Positions 25,183 through 32,000 of a stretch of 32,000 bases of DNA are shown piece by piece. Made by a program: the position numbers and the translations under genes. The first letter of the stretch is position 1; each line of letters begins with the position of its first letter. This DNA is from an uncultured Opitutales bacterium. GTDB lineage: Bacteria; Verrucomicrobiota; Verrucomicrobiia; Opitutales; Intestinicryptomonadaceae. The notes below the pieces were generated by a model. It was not told where the DNA came from, made no database searches, and saw only the letters and a program-made list of their open reading frames with translations. The stretch is from positions 305,387 through 337,386 of the forward strand of contig CAKTSY010000003.1 in the NCBI GenBank assembly GCA_934613415.1, in the 5' to 3' direction.

Positions 25183-25699
25183 CAAAGCCTATTATGTTGC
25201 CGCTTCTAAAATTCACGGCAAGGGGCTTTTTGCCGCGCGAAACATAAAAAAAGGCGAGCGCATAATAGAGTATTTGGGCGACAGAATTTCGGCCGACGAA
25301 GCCGACAAGCGCGGCGTTGAATACGAAAAAACCGCGCACGAAACGGGCAAGGGAGCAGTTTACATTTTCGAAGTTAACGACGACTTGTATATAGACGGCA
25401 ATTTCGACTATAACGACGCAAAATACATAAACCACGCCTGCCGCACAAACTGCCAAGCCGTAGAGGAAGAAGGCCGCATTTTTATAGAAACAACAAAAGA
25501 CGTTTTAAAGGACGAAGAGTTTTTGTATAACTACGGCTACGCTTTTGAGCACTTTTTAGAGCACCCCTGCAAATGCGGGTTTCCCGAATGTTGCGGCTAC
25601 ATTGTTGCCGAATGCGACAGGCCAAAGCTAAAAAAAATGCTTAGGGGCAGACGCCCTAAATGGCTAAAAAACCGCCCCGAAAACAAAAACTTAAAATAA
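25145..25699 (+). CDS. SET-domain protein-lysine methyltransferase with a post-SET Cys motif
   Basis: It has a SET N-region (SKIHGKGLFAARNIKKGERIIEYLGDRIS), an NHxC motif (INHACRTNC), the ELxF/Y motif (EEFLYNYGY) and a post-SET motif (CKCGFPECCGYI). The start is uncertain. ATG 25145 (184 aa) overlaps panB by 38 nt, and the track's TTG at 25124 overlaps by 59 nt. There is no in-frame ATG/GTG/TTG after the panB stop and before the domain. Confidence 0.8.
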   Translation: MCRKLEAENSPNSKAYYVAASKIHGKGLFAARNIKKGERIIEYLGDRISADEADKRGVEYEKTAHETGKGAVYIFEVNDDLYIDGNFDYNDAKYINHACRTNCQAVEEEGRIFIETTKDVLKDEEFLYNYGYAFEHFLEHPCKCGFPECCGYIVAECDRPKLKKMLRGRRPKWLKNRPENKNLK

Positions 25700-25714
25700 A
25701 GTTTGCGCCTAAAA

Positions 25715-26584
25715 TTAAATTTCAAAACCCAAAACTTTTTTGGCGTTGTTTTCGAAAAAGTCGGGCAAAAAGCTTTCGGGCAAGTTTTGCGCGGCTTCGT
25801 ATTTAAGGGTTTTTATGTCGGCCGTTTTTTGTGTTTTTGGATACAGCCTAAGCGAATAGTCGCTGCCGAAAAGCAGGTTGCCGCCAGAATTTTCGAACGC
25901 CGTTTGCCACTGTTCTTTGCCGTATAAAAGAGGAAAGGCTGCGCTGTCGAAAAAGGCGTTCTTCTTTTCGAATTTGCGGCGCAGAATTTCGCCGCCTGCC
26001 AAATGCGCAAAAATAAAGTTTATGTTTTCGAATTTGTCGGCAAGCGCAAACGCCGCATTGTTGTCGGTAAAAATCTTGCCGCTATACATCTTGCCGAAAG
26101 GGTCGCCCAAATGCAGGCAAACGGGCAAATTTTCGGCGTCGCATATCTGCATAAGCTTTAAAAATTCGGGGCTGCTATACGAGAAGTTTTGGACGGCGTC
26201 GCACAATTCGCCCACGCCGCAAAAGCCGCGGCTTCTTGCGCTTTGCAAAATCTTTTTTGAGCCCTCAAAATCGGCGGGGTTTATCGCGGCAAAAGCCGAA
26301 ATTCTGTTTGGGTGCGCCTTTGCAAATTCAAGAGCCGCATCGTTTGCATACATGCAGGTTTTTGTATTTTGCCAATAGGCACCGTTTAAAACGCACCTTT
26401 TTATGCCGGCATTGTCCATAGCCGCTAAAAAGGTTTCCTTTTCGGTAAAATCCTGCAAGGTTTTGCGGTTTTGCGGTGCTAAAAGCGAACCCCAATATGG
26501 TTCGTTTTGTTGCTCGCACCAAAGCTTTGCCGAAGTTTTAAAGGGCAAAAAAAAGTGCGTATGTATGTCCGCAAAATTTGCCAT
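25715..26584 (-). CDS. Metal-dependent TIM-barrel amidohydrolase family protein
   Basis: It has an N-terminal metal-binding motif (MANFADIHTHFF) and a C-terminal GSDY. I chose ATG 26584, which forms a TAATG overlap with the uppP stop. The track's 26608 start adds 8 residues inside uppP. Confidence 0.6.
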   Translation of the reverse strand: MANFADIHTHFFLPFKTSAKLWCEQQNEPYWGSLLAPQNRKTLQDFTEKETFLAAMDNAGIKRCVLNGAYWQNTKTCMYANDAALEFAKAHPNRISAFAAINPADFEGSKKILQSARSRGFCGVGELCDAVQNFSYSSPEFLKLMQICDAENLPVCLHLGDPFGKMYSGKIFTDNNAAFALADKFENINFIFAHLAGGEILRRKFEKKNAFFDSAAFPLLYGKEQWQTAFENSGGNLLFGSDYSLRLYPKTQKTADIKTLKYEAAQNLPESFLPDFFENNAKKVLGFEI

Positions 26585-27609
26585 TACATGCAAAGGAAAT
26601 AAATGCAAAGCACTGCGCTTAGGGCAATTCTATACCACGCAAAAGGGGCAAGCCCCCTTCTTGTTAAAAAGCCCACAAGCCACTTTACGCAAACCAAAGC
26701 GCATATAAACGAAACTATAAGCCCAACTAACAAAGGCACAACCGAAAGCGCGTTTAGCATATTTTGCCCGTCTTTTGCTATCTTAAAAAAGCTTGCCGCC
26801 GAAAGCGTAAGCAACCCCAGCAAAAAGCTGAATTTTGCGGAAGAGGCGGGGTTAAGCCCTGCAATGTAGCCGCCCAAAATTGTCATCATAGACCTGCTTG
26901 TTCCAGGCCACATTGCAACAACCTGCAAAAAACCTATTAAAAGACTTTGTTTTACACTTAAGTCGGACAAGTCGGTATCGGGCTTTTTAGACGCGGCTTT
27001 CCCCAACTTTTTTTGAACAAAAAGCATAAGCAACCCGCCCGCAAAAAGCGCAAAAACAACAGGGTATACGCCGAAGAGATATTCGTCGATATAGTCGTGC
27101 AGCAAAAGGCCTATAACGGCGGCCGGCATAAAGGCGGCAATTATATTCCTTGCAAGGGAAAGCCCCTTTTTGCTTTTGCCGAAAACGCCCTTTACAATTT
27201 CCCAAACACTTTCCCAATACAAAGCCAAAACCGCCAATATTGCGCCAAGCTGTATTATAACGGCGTAGGCATCGGCGGCTTTTTTCATTGTATAGGCAAC
27301 TTCTTTGCCGCTTTTTTTGCTCTGCTTTTTGTCTATAACAATGTTGCCTTTGGCGTCTTTAAGGGGAGTTTCCGAATCCAACCCAAGCACGCTGTTTGTC
27401 AATATAAGGTGCCCCGTAGACGACACCGGCAGATATTCGGTTATGCCCTCTACTACACCCAAAACAACCGAATCTAAAATGGATATGTCGGTTTTTTGCG
27501 CAGCGTTTTCGGAAACGCCTTTTGTTTTAGATAAACTTTCCGTTTGCGAAAACAAAAAATTTGAAAACGCCAAAAACAAAACGGCGCATAATATATTGCG
27601 AAATTTCAT
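26584..27609 (-). CDS. uppP: Undecaprenyl-diphosphate phosphatase (BacA/UppP), long form
   Basis: 341 aa. Matching motifs are VVEGITEYLPVSSTGHLIL, VIIQLGAILAV, VVAMWPGTSRSMMTILGG and SAKFSFLLGL. Compared with my memory of E. coli BacA, it has a roughly 45-aa N-terminal extension with a signal-like helix and a roughly 35-aa insertion after the first motif. Confidence 0.85.
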   Translation of the reverse strand: MKFRNILCAVLFLAFSNFLFSQTESLSKTKGVSENAAQKTDISILDSVVLGVVEGITEYLPVSSTGHLILTNSVLGLDSETPLKDAKGNIVIDKKQSKKSGKEVAYTMKKAADAYAVIIQLGAILAVLALYWESVWEIVKGVFGKSKKGLSLARNIIAAFMPAAVIGLLLHDYIDEYLFGVYPVVFALFAGGLLMLFVQKKLGKAASKKPDTDLSDLSVKQSLLIGFLQVVAMWPGTSRSMMTILGGYIAGLNPASSAKFSFLLGLLTLSAASFFKIAKDGQNMLNALSVVPLLVGLIVSFICALVCVKWLVGFLTRRGLAPFAWYRIALSAVLCIYFLCM

Positions 27610-27612
27610 ATG

Positions 27613-28212
27613 CTAATAAATTTTTCTTGAATCCAACGCGCTTTTTATTGTCGAAGAATCGGCAAAAAGAAGGCCGCTGCCGCTGGGCAAACCAAAGCCT
27701 ATGCGGCTTAGCTTAACCTGCGGCATATCGGCAAAAACGGCCTCCTGCAAATAGCGGCAGGTTGCCTCGCCTTCTATATCGTTCGACAACGCCAAAATTA
27801 TTTCCGCAACCGAGTTTTTTACAACAAGGTCTTTTAGGCGGTCTATGCCCAATTTTTCGGGCCCAATGCGCTTTAAAGGCGAAAGCTTGCCCCCCAAAAC
27901 AAAATATCTGCCGCGCCAAGCCCCCGACTTTTCTATAGAAAATATATCGAGCACGCTTTCGACAACGCAAACGGCATCGGCACGGCGCGAAGGGTCGGCA
28001 CAAATGCGGCAAAGCTTTCCGTTTTCGGAAAGCGCACCGCATTCGGGACACGCGCTAAGCGAATTTAACGCCTCGTCTATGCTTTGGCGCAAAAGCGCGC
28101 CAAGCTCGCGGTTTTCTACCGCAATGTTCAGGGCAATGCGTTCGGCGGCTTTCGCCCCTATTCCGGGAGCCTTTCGCAAAGCCGCCTTTAGGTTTTCGAA
28201 AGCGTCCGACAT
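27613..28212 (-). CDS. recR: Recombination protein RecR
   Basis: 199 aa with a helix-hairpin-helix (LRKAPGIGAKAAERIA), a C4 zinc finger (CPECGALSENGKLCRIC) and a Toprim domain (VCVVESVLDIFSIEKSG..ILALSNDIEGEAT). Confidence 0.9.
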   Translation of the reverse strand: MSDAFENLKAALRKAPGIGAKAAERIALNIAVENRELGALLRQSIDEALNSLSACPECGALSENGKLCRICADPSRRADAVCVVESVLDIFSIEKSGAWRGRYFVLGGKLSPLKRIGPEKLGIDRLKDLVVKNSVAEIILALSNDIEGEATCRYLQEAVFADMPQVKLSRIGFGLPSGSGLLFADSSTIKSALDSRKIY

Positions 28213-28224
28213 AACGCAAAAAAA

Positions 28225-28533
28225 CTAGAACAAGCCGGGAATGCTAAAGCCGCCCGTAACCTTGCCCATTTGTTCTTCGCCCAAGGCTTTTGCCTTTGCT
28301 GCGGCTTCGTTAATGGCTTCCAAAATTGCGCTTTCTACAACGGAGGCGTCTTCCTTCAAAAATTCGGGGTCTAACTTAATAGACTTTATTGCACCGTGAC
28401 CGTTTGCCGTAATTTTAACCGCACCGCCGCCGCTAGAAACTTCAACGGTTTGGTTTTCAAGCTCGGCCTGAACGCCCTCCATTGCTTTTTGCATTTTTTG
28501 GGCTTGTTTTAAAAGTTTACCTACTCCTGGCAT
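28225..28533 (-). CDS. ybaB: Nucleoid-associated protein YbaB/EbfC
   Basis: 102 aa. Matching segments are LLKQAQKMQKAMEGVQAELENQTVEVSSGGGAVKITANG..IKSIKLDPE. It shows the classic pairing upstream of recR. Confidence 0.9.
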   Translation of the reverse strand: MPGVGKLLKQAQKMQKAMEGVQAELENQTVEVSSGGGAVKITANGHGAIKSIKLDPEFLKEDASVVESAILEAINEAAAKAKALGEEQMGKVTGGFSIPGLF

Positions 28534-28558
28534 TTTTATTTCCTTTTTTATTGGTTTG

Positions 28559-30034
28559 TTAGTTTGTGTGTTTAATTGTAATCAAAGTCATATCGTCGGC
28601 GTACGAATATGTTGCGCCGCAAAAACGCTGAACGTCTAAAAGAATGTCGGTGTTTATGTCGGCGGCGCTTTCGTTGGCAACGCTTGCAATAGATTTTTCA
28701 AGCCTTTCGGCGGTAAATTCGCCGCCGTTTTTGCTTAGCGATTCGGTTATGCCGTCGGTATACATAACAAGCACCGCCGATTTTTCGAACGCGAAAGTTT
28801 TGTCTTCTATAACAGTGTCGAATATTTCCGAATCGACCATGCCTACCGCCATTCCCGAGCTTTTAATTTTCATAGACTCGAAGTCGGTTGTGCTTTTGTC
28901 GAACAACAATGCGGGCTCGTGCCCCGCCCTTGCCAAGGTTATGGACGAATTTTTTGCGTCTATAACGGCGTATATCATTGTAATGAACATATCCTCGCGC
29001 ATAAGGGGCATCATGTCGGCATTAAGGGCTTTTAAGGCCTCGGCGGGGCTTTCGTAGCGCGGCGCAATTTCGCGCAATTTTGTCTGCGTAATTGCCATTA
29101 TCATTGCAGCCGACACCCCTTTGCCCGAAACGTCGGCAATTACAACGCCAAGCTTTTGGTTGCCCAAGTCTATAAAGTCGTAAAAATCGCCGCCTATGCA
29201 CTGCTGTGGAACATACCTTACGGCAAAATCATATCCGTCTATTTCTGGCATTTGCTGCGGCAGCAAATATCTTTGAACGCCGCTTGCCAATTTTAAGTCG
29301 AAATTAAGCCGGTTTTTCTCGACAAGAACGTCCATAGTATTTGCGTTCGAAATTGCAATTGCAGCCTGACTTGCAATGGCCTTTGCAAGCGAAAAATCGT
29401 TCTGCGAAAACTTCTCATCGCCAAGCGGATTTGCCAAAACCATAACCGCGCTTGTTTTCGACACAAAAAATACGGGCACATAAATTATGCTTGTAATTTT
29501 TAGCGGGTCAAAAGACGACGACAACACCCTGTTGTCTTTGGCGGCGTCTTTAACAAAAAGGCCTTCGGCGCTGTTGCCAACCTGCCCTACAAGCCCCTCG
29601 TTTGCCGACAAAACTTCGTCGGCAAAAACTGTGCTTATATATTGGGCCTTTGTTGCAAAGTCGTTTTTAATGTGCCTTTGCGGAGGGAATAACCCCATGG
29701 TAACAACGCTTTTCCAAGTGCCGTCGTCTTTGCGCTCGTAAATTCTGCCGCTTTGGGCTTTGGTTACGTCTACCGCAAGCTTTAGCGTGCGCCTGTAAAT
29801 GTCGGGCACGCTAATGCCGCCCTCTAAATCGGAGGCAAGTTTGCGCATGCTTGCAATGGTTACCGCCCTTTCGTTTTTAAGGTCGTCGTTTATTTTGTAC
29901 AAATGCGACATTCTCTTTCTTGCAACGCAAAGCCACGCGAGGGCAAAGACCCACGCAAACAGCATACCCAATGCAAAGAAAACGATATTCATATACAAAA
30001 ACAGTCTCGCAAAAAAACCGCGTTTATTCAACAC
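28559..30034 (-). CDS. Membrane-anchored GAF-domain PP2C/SpoIIE-family serine phosphatase (RsbU-like)
   Basis: 491 aa. It has an N-terminal hydrophobic segment (aa 10-38), a central GAF-like region, and a C-terminal SpoIIE/PP2C domain (GGDFYDFIDLGNQKLGVVIADVSGKGVSAAMIM..LVMYTDGITES..DDMTLITI). The start is either GTG 30034, which overlaps the STAS gene by 11 nt, or ATG 29992. Confidence 0.8.
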   Translation of the reverse strand: MLNKRGFFARLFLYMNIVFFALGMLFAWVFALAWLCVARKRMSHLYKINDDLKNERAVTIASMRKLASDLEGGISVPDIYRRTLKLAVDVTKAQSGRIYERKDDGTWKSVVTMGLFPPQRHIKNDFATKAQYISTVFADEVLSANEGLVGQVGNSAEGLFVKDAAKDNRVLSSSFDPLKITSIIYVPVFFVSKTSAVMVLANPLGDEKFSQNDFSLAKAIASQAAIAISNANTMDVLVEKNRLNFDLKLASGVQRYLLPQQMPEIDGYDFAVRYVPQQCIGGDFYDFIDLGNQKLGVVIADVSGKGVSAAMIMAITQTKLREIAPRYESPAEALKALNADMMPLMREDMFITMIYAVIDAKNSSITLARAGHEPALLFDKSTTDFESMKIKSSGMAVGMVDSEIFDTVIEDKTFAFEKSAVLVMYTDGITESLSKNGGEFTAERLEKSIASVANESAADINTDILLDVQRFCGATYSYADDMTLITIKHTN

Positions 30035-30500
30035 GCTTTTTCAGAAAAGCGATTACATCTTCAAACTTTTTAAGGTTTTCGGGGTTTGCGCTTACAAGCG
30101 ACTCGTGCGCCGAAAGCATTTCCGACTGCGCCGAAGGCGAATTGCTAAGCGTGTTTTGGGCAACAACTCCGTCTTTTGGCGGGTTGCCTATTTCCAGAAT
30201 TTTGTCCAGCCCCAGATTTTGCACAACCTCCAGATTGCGGTCGGAAATGTTGCTTAAAACAACCTTGCCCTTGTGGGGCTTAAGCCTTATTGCAAGCTTT
30301 GCAATTATCCCCAAAAAAGTGCTGTCTACACCCGTGCACTCCGCAAAATCTATGTTAACAACAGCTTTTTTGTCTCTTACGGCCGTATCGAAAAATTCCG
30401 AAACACCCATGCAGTTGAGATAGCATGCGCGGCCGACAATCGCCAAAGTGGCGCAATTGCCCTCCTCGCATACCAAAAACTTTGTATCCTCAACCGGCAT
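30024..30500 (-). CDS. STAS-domain protein (anti-sigma-factor-antagonist-like) with a C-terminal extension
   Basis: 158 aa. The STAS core contains a phosphorylatable Ser/Thr in the canonical position (DFAECTGVDSTFLGIIAKL, S60/T61). A roughly 50-aa non-STAS tail follows. The gene starts 4 nt after the acnA stop. Confidence 0.7.
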   Translation of the reverse strand: MPVEDTKFLVCEEGNCATLAIVGRACYLNCMGVSEFFDTAVRDKKAVVNIDFAECTGVDSTFLGIIAKLAIRLKPHKGKVVLSNISDRNLEVVQNLGLDKILEIGNPPKDGVVAQNTLSNSPSAQSEMLSAHESLVSANPENLKKFEDVIAFLKKRVE

Positions 30501-30504
30501 TTTG

Positions 30505-32000
30505 CTATTTAAGAATTTTCTTTAACACGCATTGGAGAATGCCGCCGCAGTTGTAGTAGTCTATTTCAACGGGGGTATCTATTCTAAGCAGCAAGTCGGC
30601 ATAGTCTATAGCGCCGTTTTCGCGCTCTATTTTAAGAGTGGCTTTTGCCGCAACTTTTACGCCGTCTTCAAGCCCCTGTATTGTGAACTTTTCGGAACCG
30701 TTAAGGTTTAAAGTGTCGGCATCGCAACCTTCGGCAAATTCGAAAGGCAAAATGCCCATGCCAACAAGGTTGCTGCGGTGAATTCTTTCGTACGATTTTG
30801 CGATAACGGCCCTTACGCCCAAAAGGCTTGTACCCTTTGCCGCCCAGTCGCGCGAGCTGCCCATACCGTAATCTTTGCCGGCAAACACAAGCAAGCCCTC
30901 GTTGTTTTGTGCATACTTTTGCGCGGCGTCGAAAATAAGAATGTCGCTGCCCTTGCCGTACATTTTGGTGTAGCCGCCCTCTTTGGGGGCAACAATCTTG
31001 TTTTTAATTCTTATATTGGCAAATGTGCCGCGACACATAACGCGGTCGTTGCCCCTTCTGGAGCCGTAGGTATTAAAGTCTTTTTGCGACAATCCCTTTT
31101 CTGTAAGGTAGCGGGCGGCTGCGCTGTCGGGCGAAATCGCGCCCGCAGGCGAAATGTGGTCGGTTGTTACGCTGTCGCCGAAAATAGCCAACGCTCTAAG
31201 GTCTTTAAGGGACTTTTTCGAGGCGTCTTTTTCCTCGAAGAAGGGAGGCTCTTGAATGTAGGTGCTGTCTTTGCTCCAGTTGAACACGTTGCCCTTTGTG
31301 CTTTGCACTTGCTGCCACAATTCGGGGCCTTTTAGGCTGGAATACTCCTTTTTGAAGAATTCGCTTTTTACGCACTTTGCAACGCATTCTTCAACTTCGG
31401 CCGAAGTCGGCAAAATGTCTTTTAAGAACACTTCTTTGCCTTCGGGCGAAACGCCGACGGGCTCTTTATCGAAATCTATGTTTATTCTGTCTGCAAGCGC
31501 AAAAGCCACTACATATTGGGGCGTCATCAAATAATTTGCCTTTAAAAGCGCGTGAACGCGGGCTTCAAAATTTCTGTTGCCCGAAAGCACGCTTGCACAA
31601 ACCAAATTGTTTTCTTTTACAGCCTCGGTAATTTCGGCGTCGATTGGGCCGGAATTGCCTATGCAGGTGGCGCAGCCGTAGCCCGCCAAATTAAAGCCAA
31701 GCTCGTCTAAATAAGTCTGCAAGCCCGCTTCTTTTAAGTAGTCGCTTACAACCCTAGACCCGGGGGCCAAAGTTGTTTTTACATAGGCTGGAGTTTTAAG
31801 CCCGAACGCCCTTGCCTTTTTTGCCAACAAGCCGGCGGCAACCAAAACCGACGGGTTCGACGTGTTTGTGCAGCTTGTTATTGCGGCAATCAAAACGCTG
31901 CCGTCCGAAATTTCGCCCTTAGAGGTTTTTGCCTTTTTATATTCCAGATTCGGGAAACTTGCATTAAATGCCTCTTTTGCGTCGTTAAGCTCTATCTTGT
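30505..32000 (-). CDS. acnA: Aconitate hydratase A (partial; N-terminal half lies beyond the right window edge)
   Basis: The track ORF begins at an internal TTG. The same minus-strand frame stays open to nt 32000 (..KIELNDAKEAFNASFPNLEYKKAKTSKGEISDGSVL-IAAITSCTNTSNPSV). Fe-S ligand motifs are present (ITSCTNTSNP, YGCATCIGNSG), as is the C-terminal swivel domain (GKDYGMGSSRDWAAKG, SYERIHRSNLVGMG). Confidence 0.9.
   Translation of the reverse strand, partial: KIELNDAKEAFNASFPNLEYKKAKTSKGEISDGSVLIAAITSCTNTSNPSVLVAAGLLAKKARAFGLKTPAYVKTTLAPGSRVVSDYLKEAGLQTYLDELGFNLAGYGCATCIGNSGPIDAEITEAVKENNLVCASVLSGNRNFEARVHALLKANYLMTPQYVVAFALADRINIDFDKEPVGVSPEGKEVFLKDILPTSAEVEECVAKCVKSEFFKKEYSSLKGPELWQQVQSTKGNVFNWSKDSTYIQEPPFFEEKDASKKSLKDLRALAIFGDSVTTDHISPAGAISPDSAAARYLTEKGLSQKDFNTYGSRRGNDRVMCRGTFANIRIKNKIVAPKEGGYTKMYGKGSDILIFDAAQKYAQNNEGLLVFAGKDYGMGSSRDWAAKGTSLLGVRAVIAKSYERIHRSNLVGMGILPFEFAEGCDADTLNLNGSEKFTIQGLEDGVKVAAKATLKIERENGAIDYADLLLRIDTPVEIDYYNCGGILQCVLKKILK

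Noticed and set aside
1-32000. A striking over-representation of GCAAAA on the sense strand of genes, seen as TTTTGC on the plus strand across minus-strand genes. This could be a strand-oriented architectural motif.
   Set aside because: The word tracks the coding strand rather than a replication direction. It is explained by the high Ala/Lys/Phe content and an AAA/GCx/TTT codon preference. Testing it as a skewed motif would need genome-scale counts, which I cannot run.

Overview
The window is densely coding (about 95%) bacterial chromosomal DNA with 31 supportable CDSs in a few long, tightly packed operons. DsbD, AsmA-like, ArnC and MreBCD/PBP2 genes indicate a diderm bacterium. Shine-Dalgarno usage looks weak, and I cannot assign a taxon. 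I found no rRNA, tRNA, CRISPR array, transposase, integrase or phage genes, so this is not a classic mobile or defence island.

Most of the content is housekeeping:
- potABCD polyamine uptake
- mreBCD-mrdA
- dsbD, lysA, a ybgC-like thioesterase, panB
- uppP, recR, ybaB
- a 5'-truncated acnA

The non-routine content, in rough order of interest:
1. There are two exosortase-family membrane proteins about 6 kb apart. One is missing from the supplied ORF track because it runs off the left edge. It is preceded by an EpsI-family gene.
2. The second exosortase is compact and divergent. It leads an apparent four-gene operon with a GlcD-like FAD oxidase and clear orthologues of ArnC and the ArnA formyltransferase domain. 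The rest of the Ara4N pathway is absent from that operon. An ATP-grasp ligase gene is transcribed divergently from it.
3. A TIGR03663/ArnT-like GT-C membrane protein is translationally coupled (ATGA) to a 1145-aa AsmA/TamB-like protein that contains an internal module duplication.
4. A bacterial SET-domain methyltransferase overlaps the end of panB.
5. A STAS plus TM-GAF-PP2C pair with no kinase in view sits between acnA and ybaB-recR.
6. A secreted 193-aa protein occupies the position after mrdA where rodA is usually found.

All functional calls come from motif recognition by eye and remembered family sequences. No searches were run.
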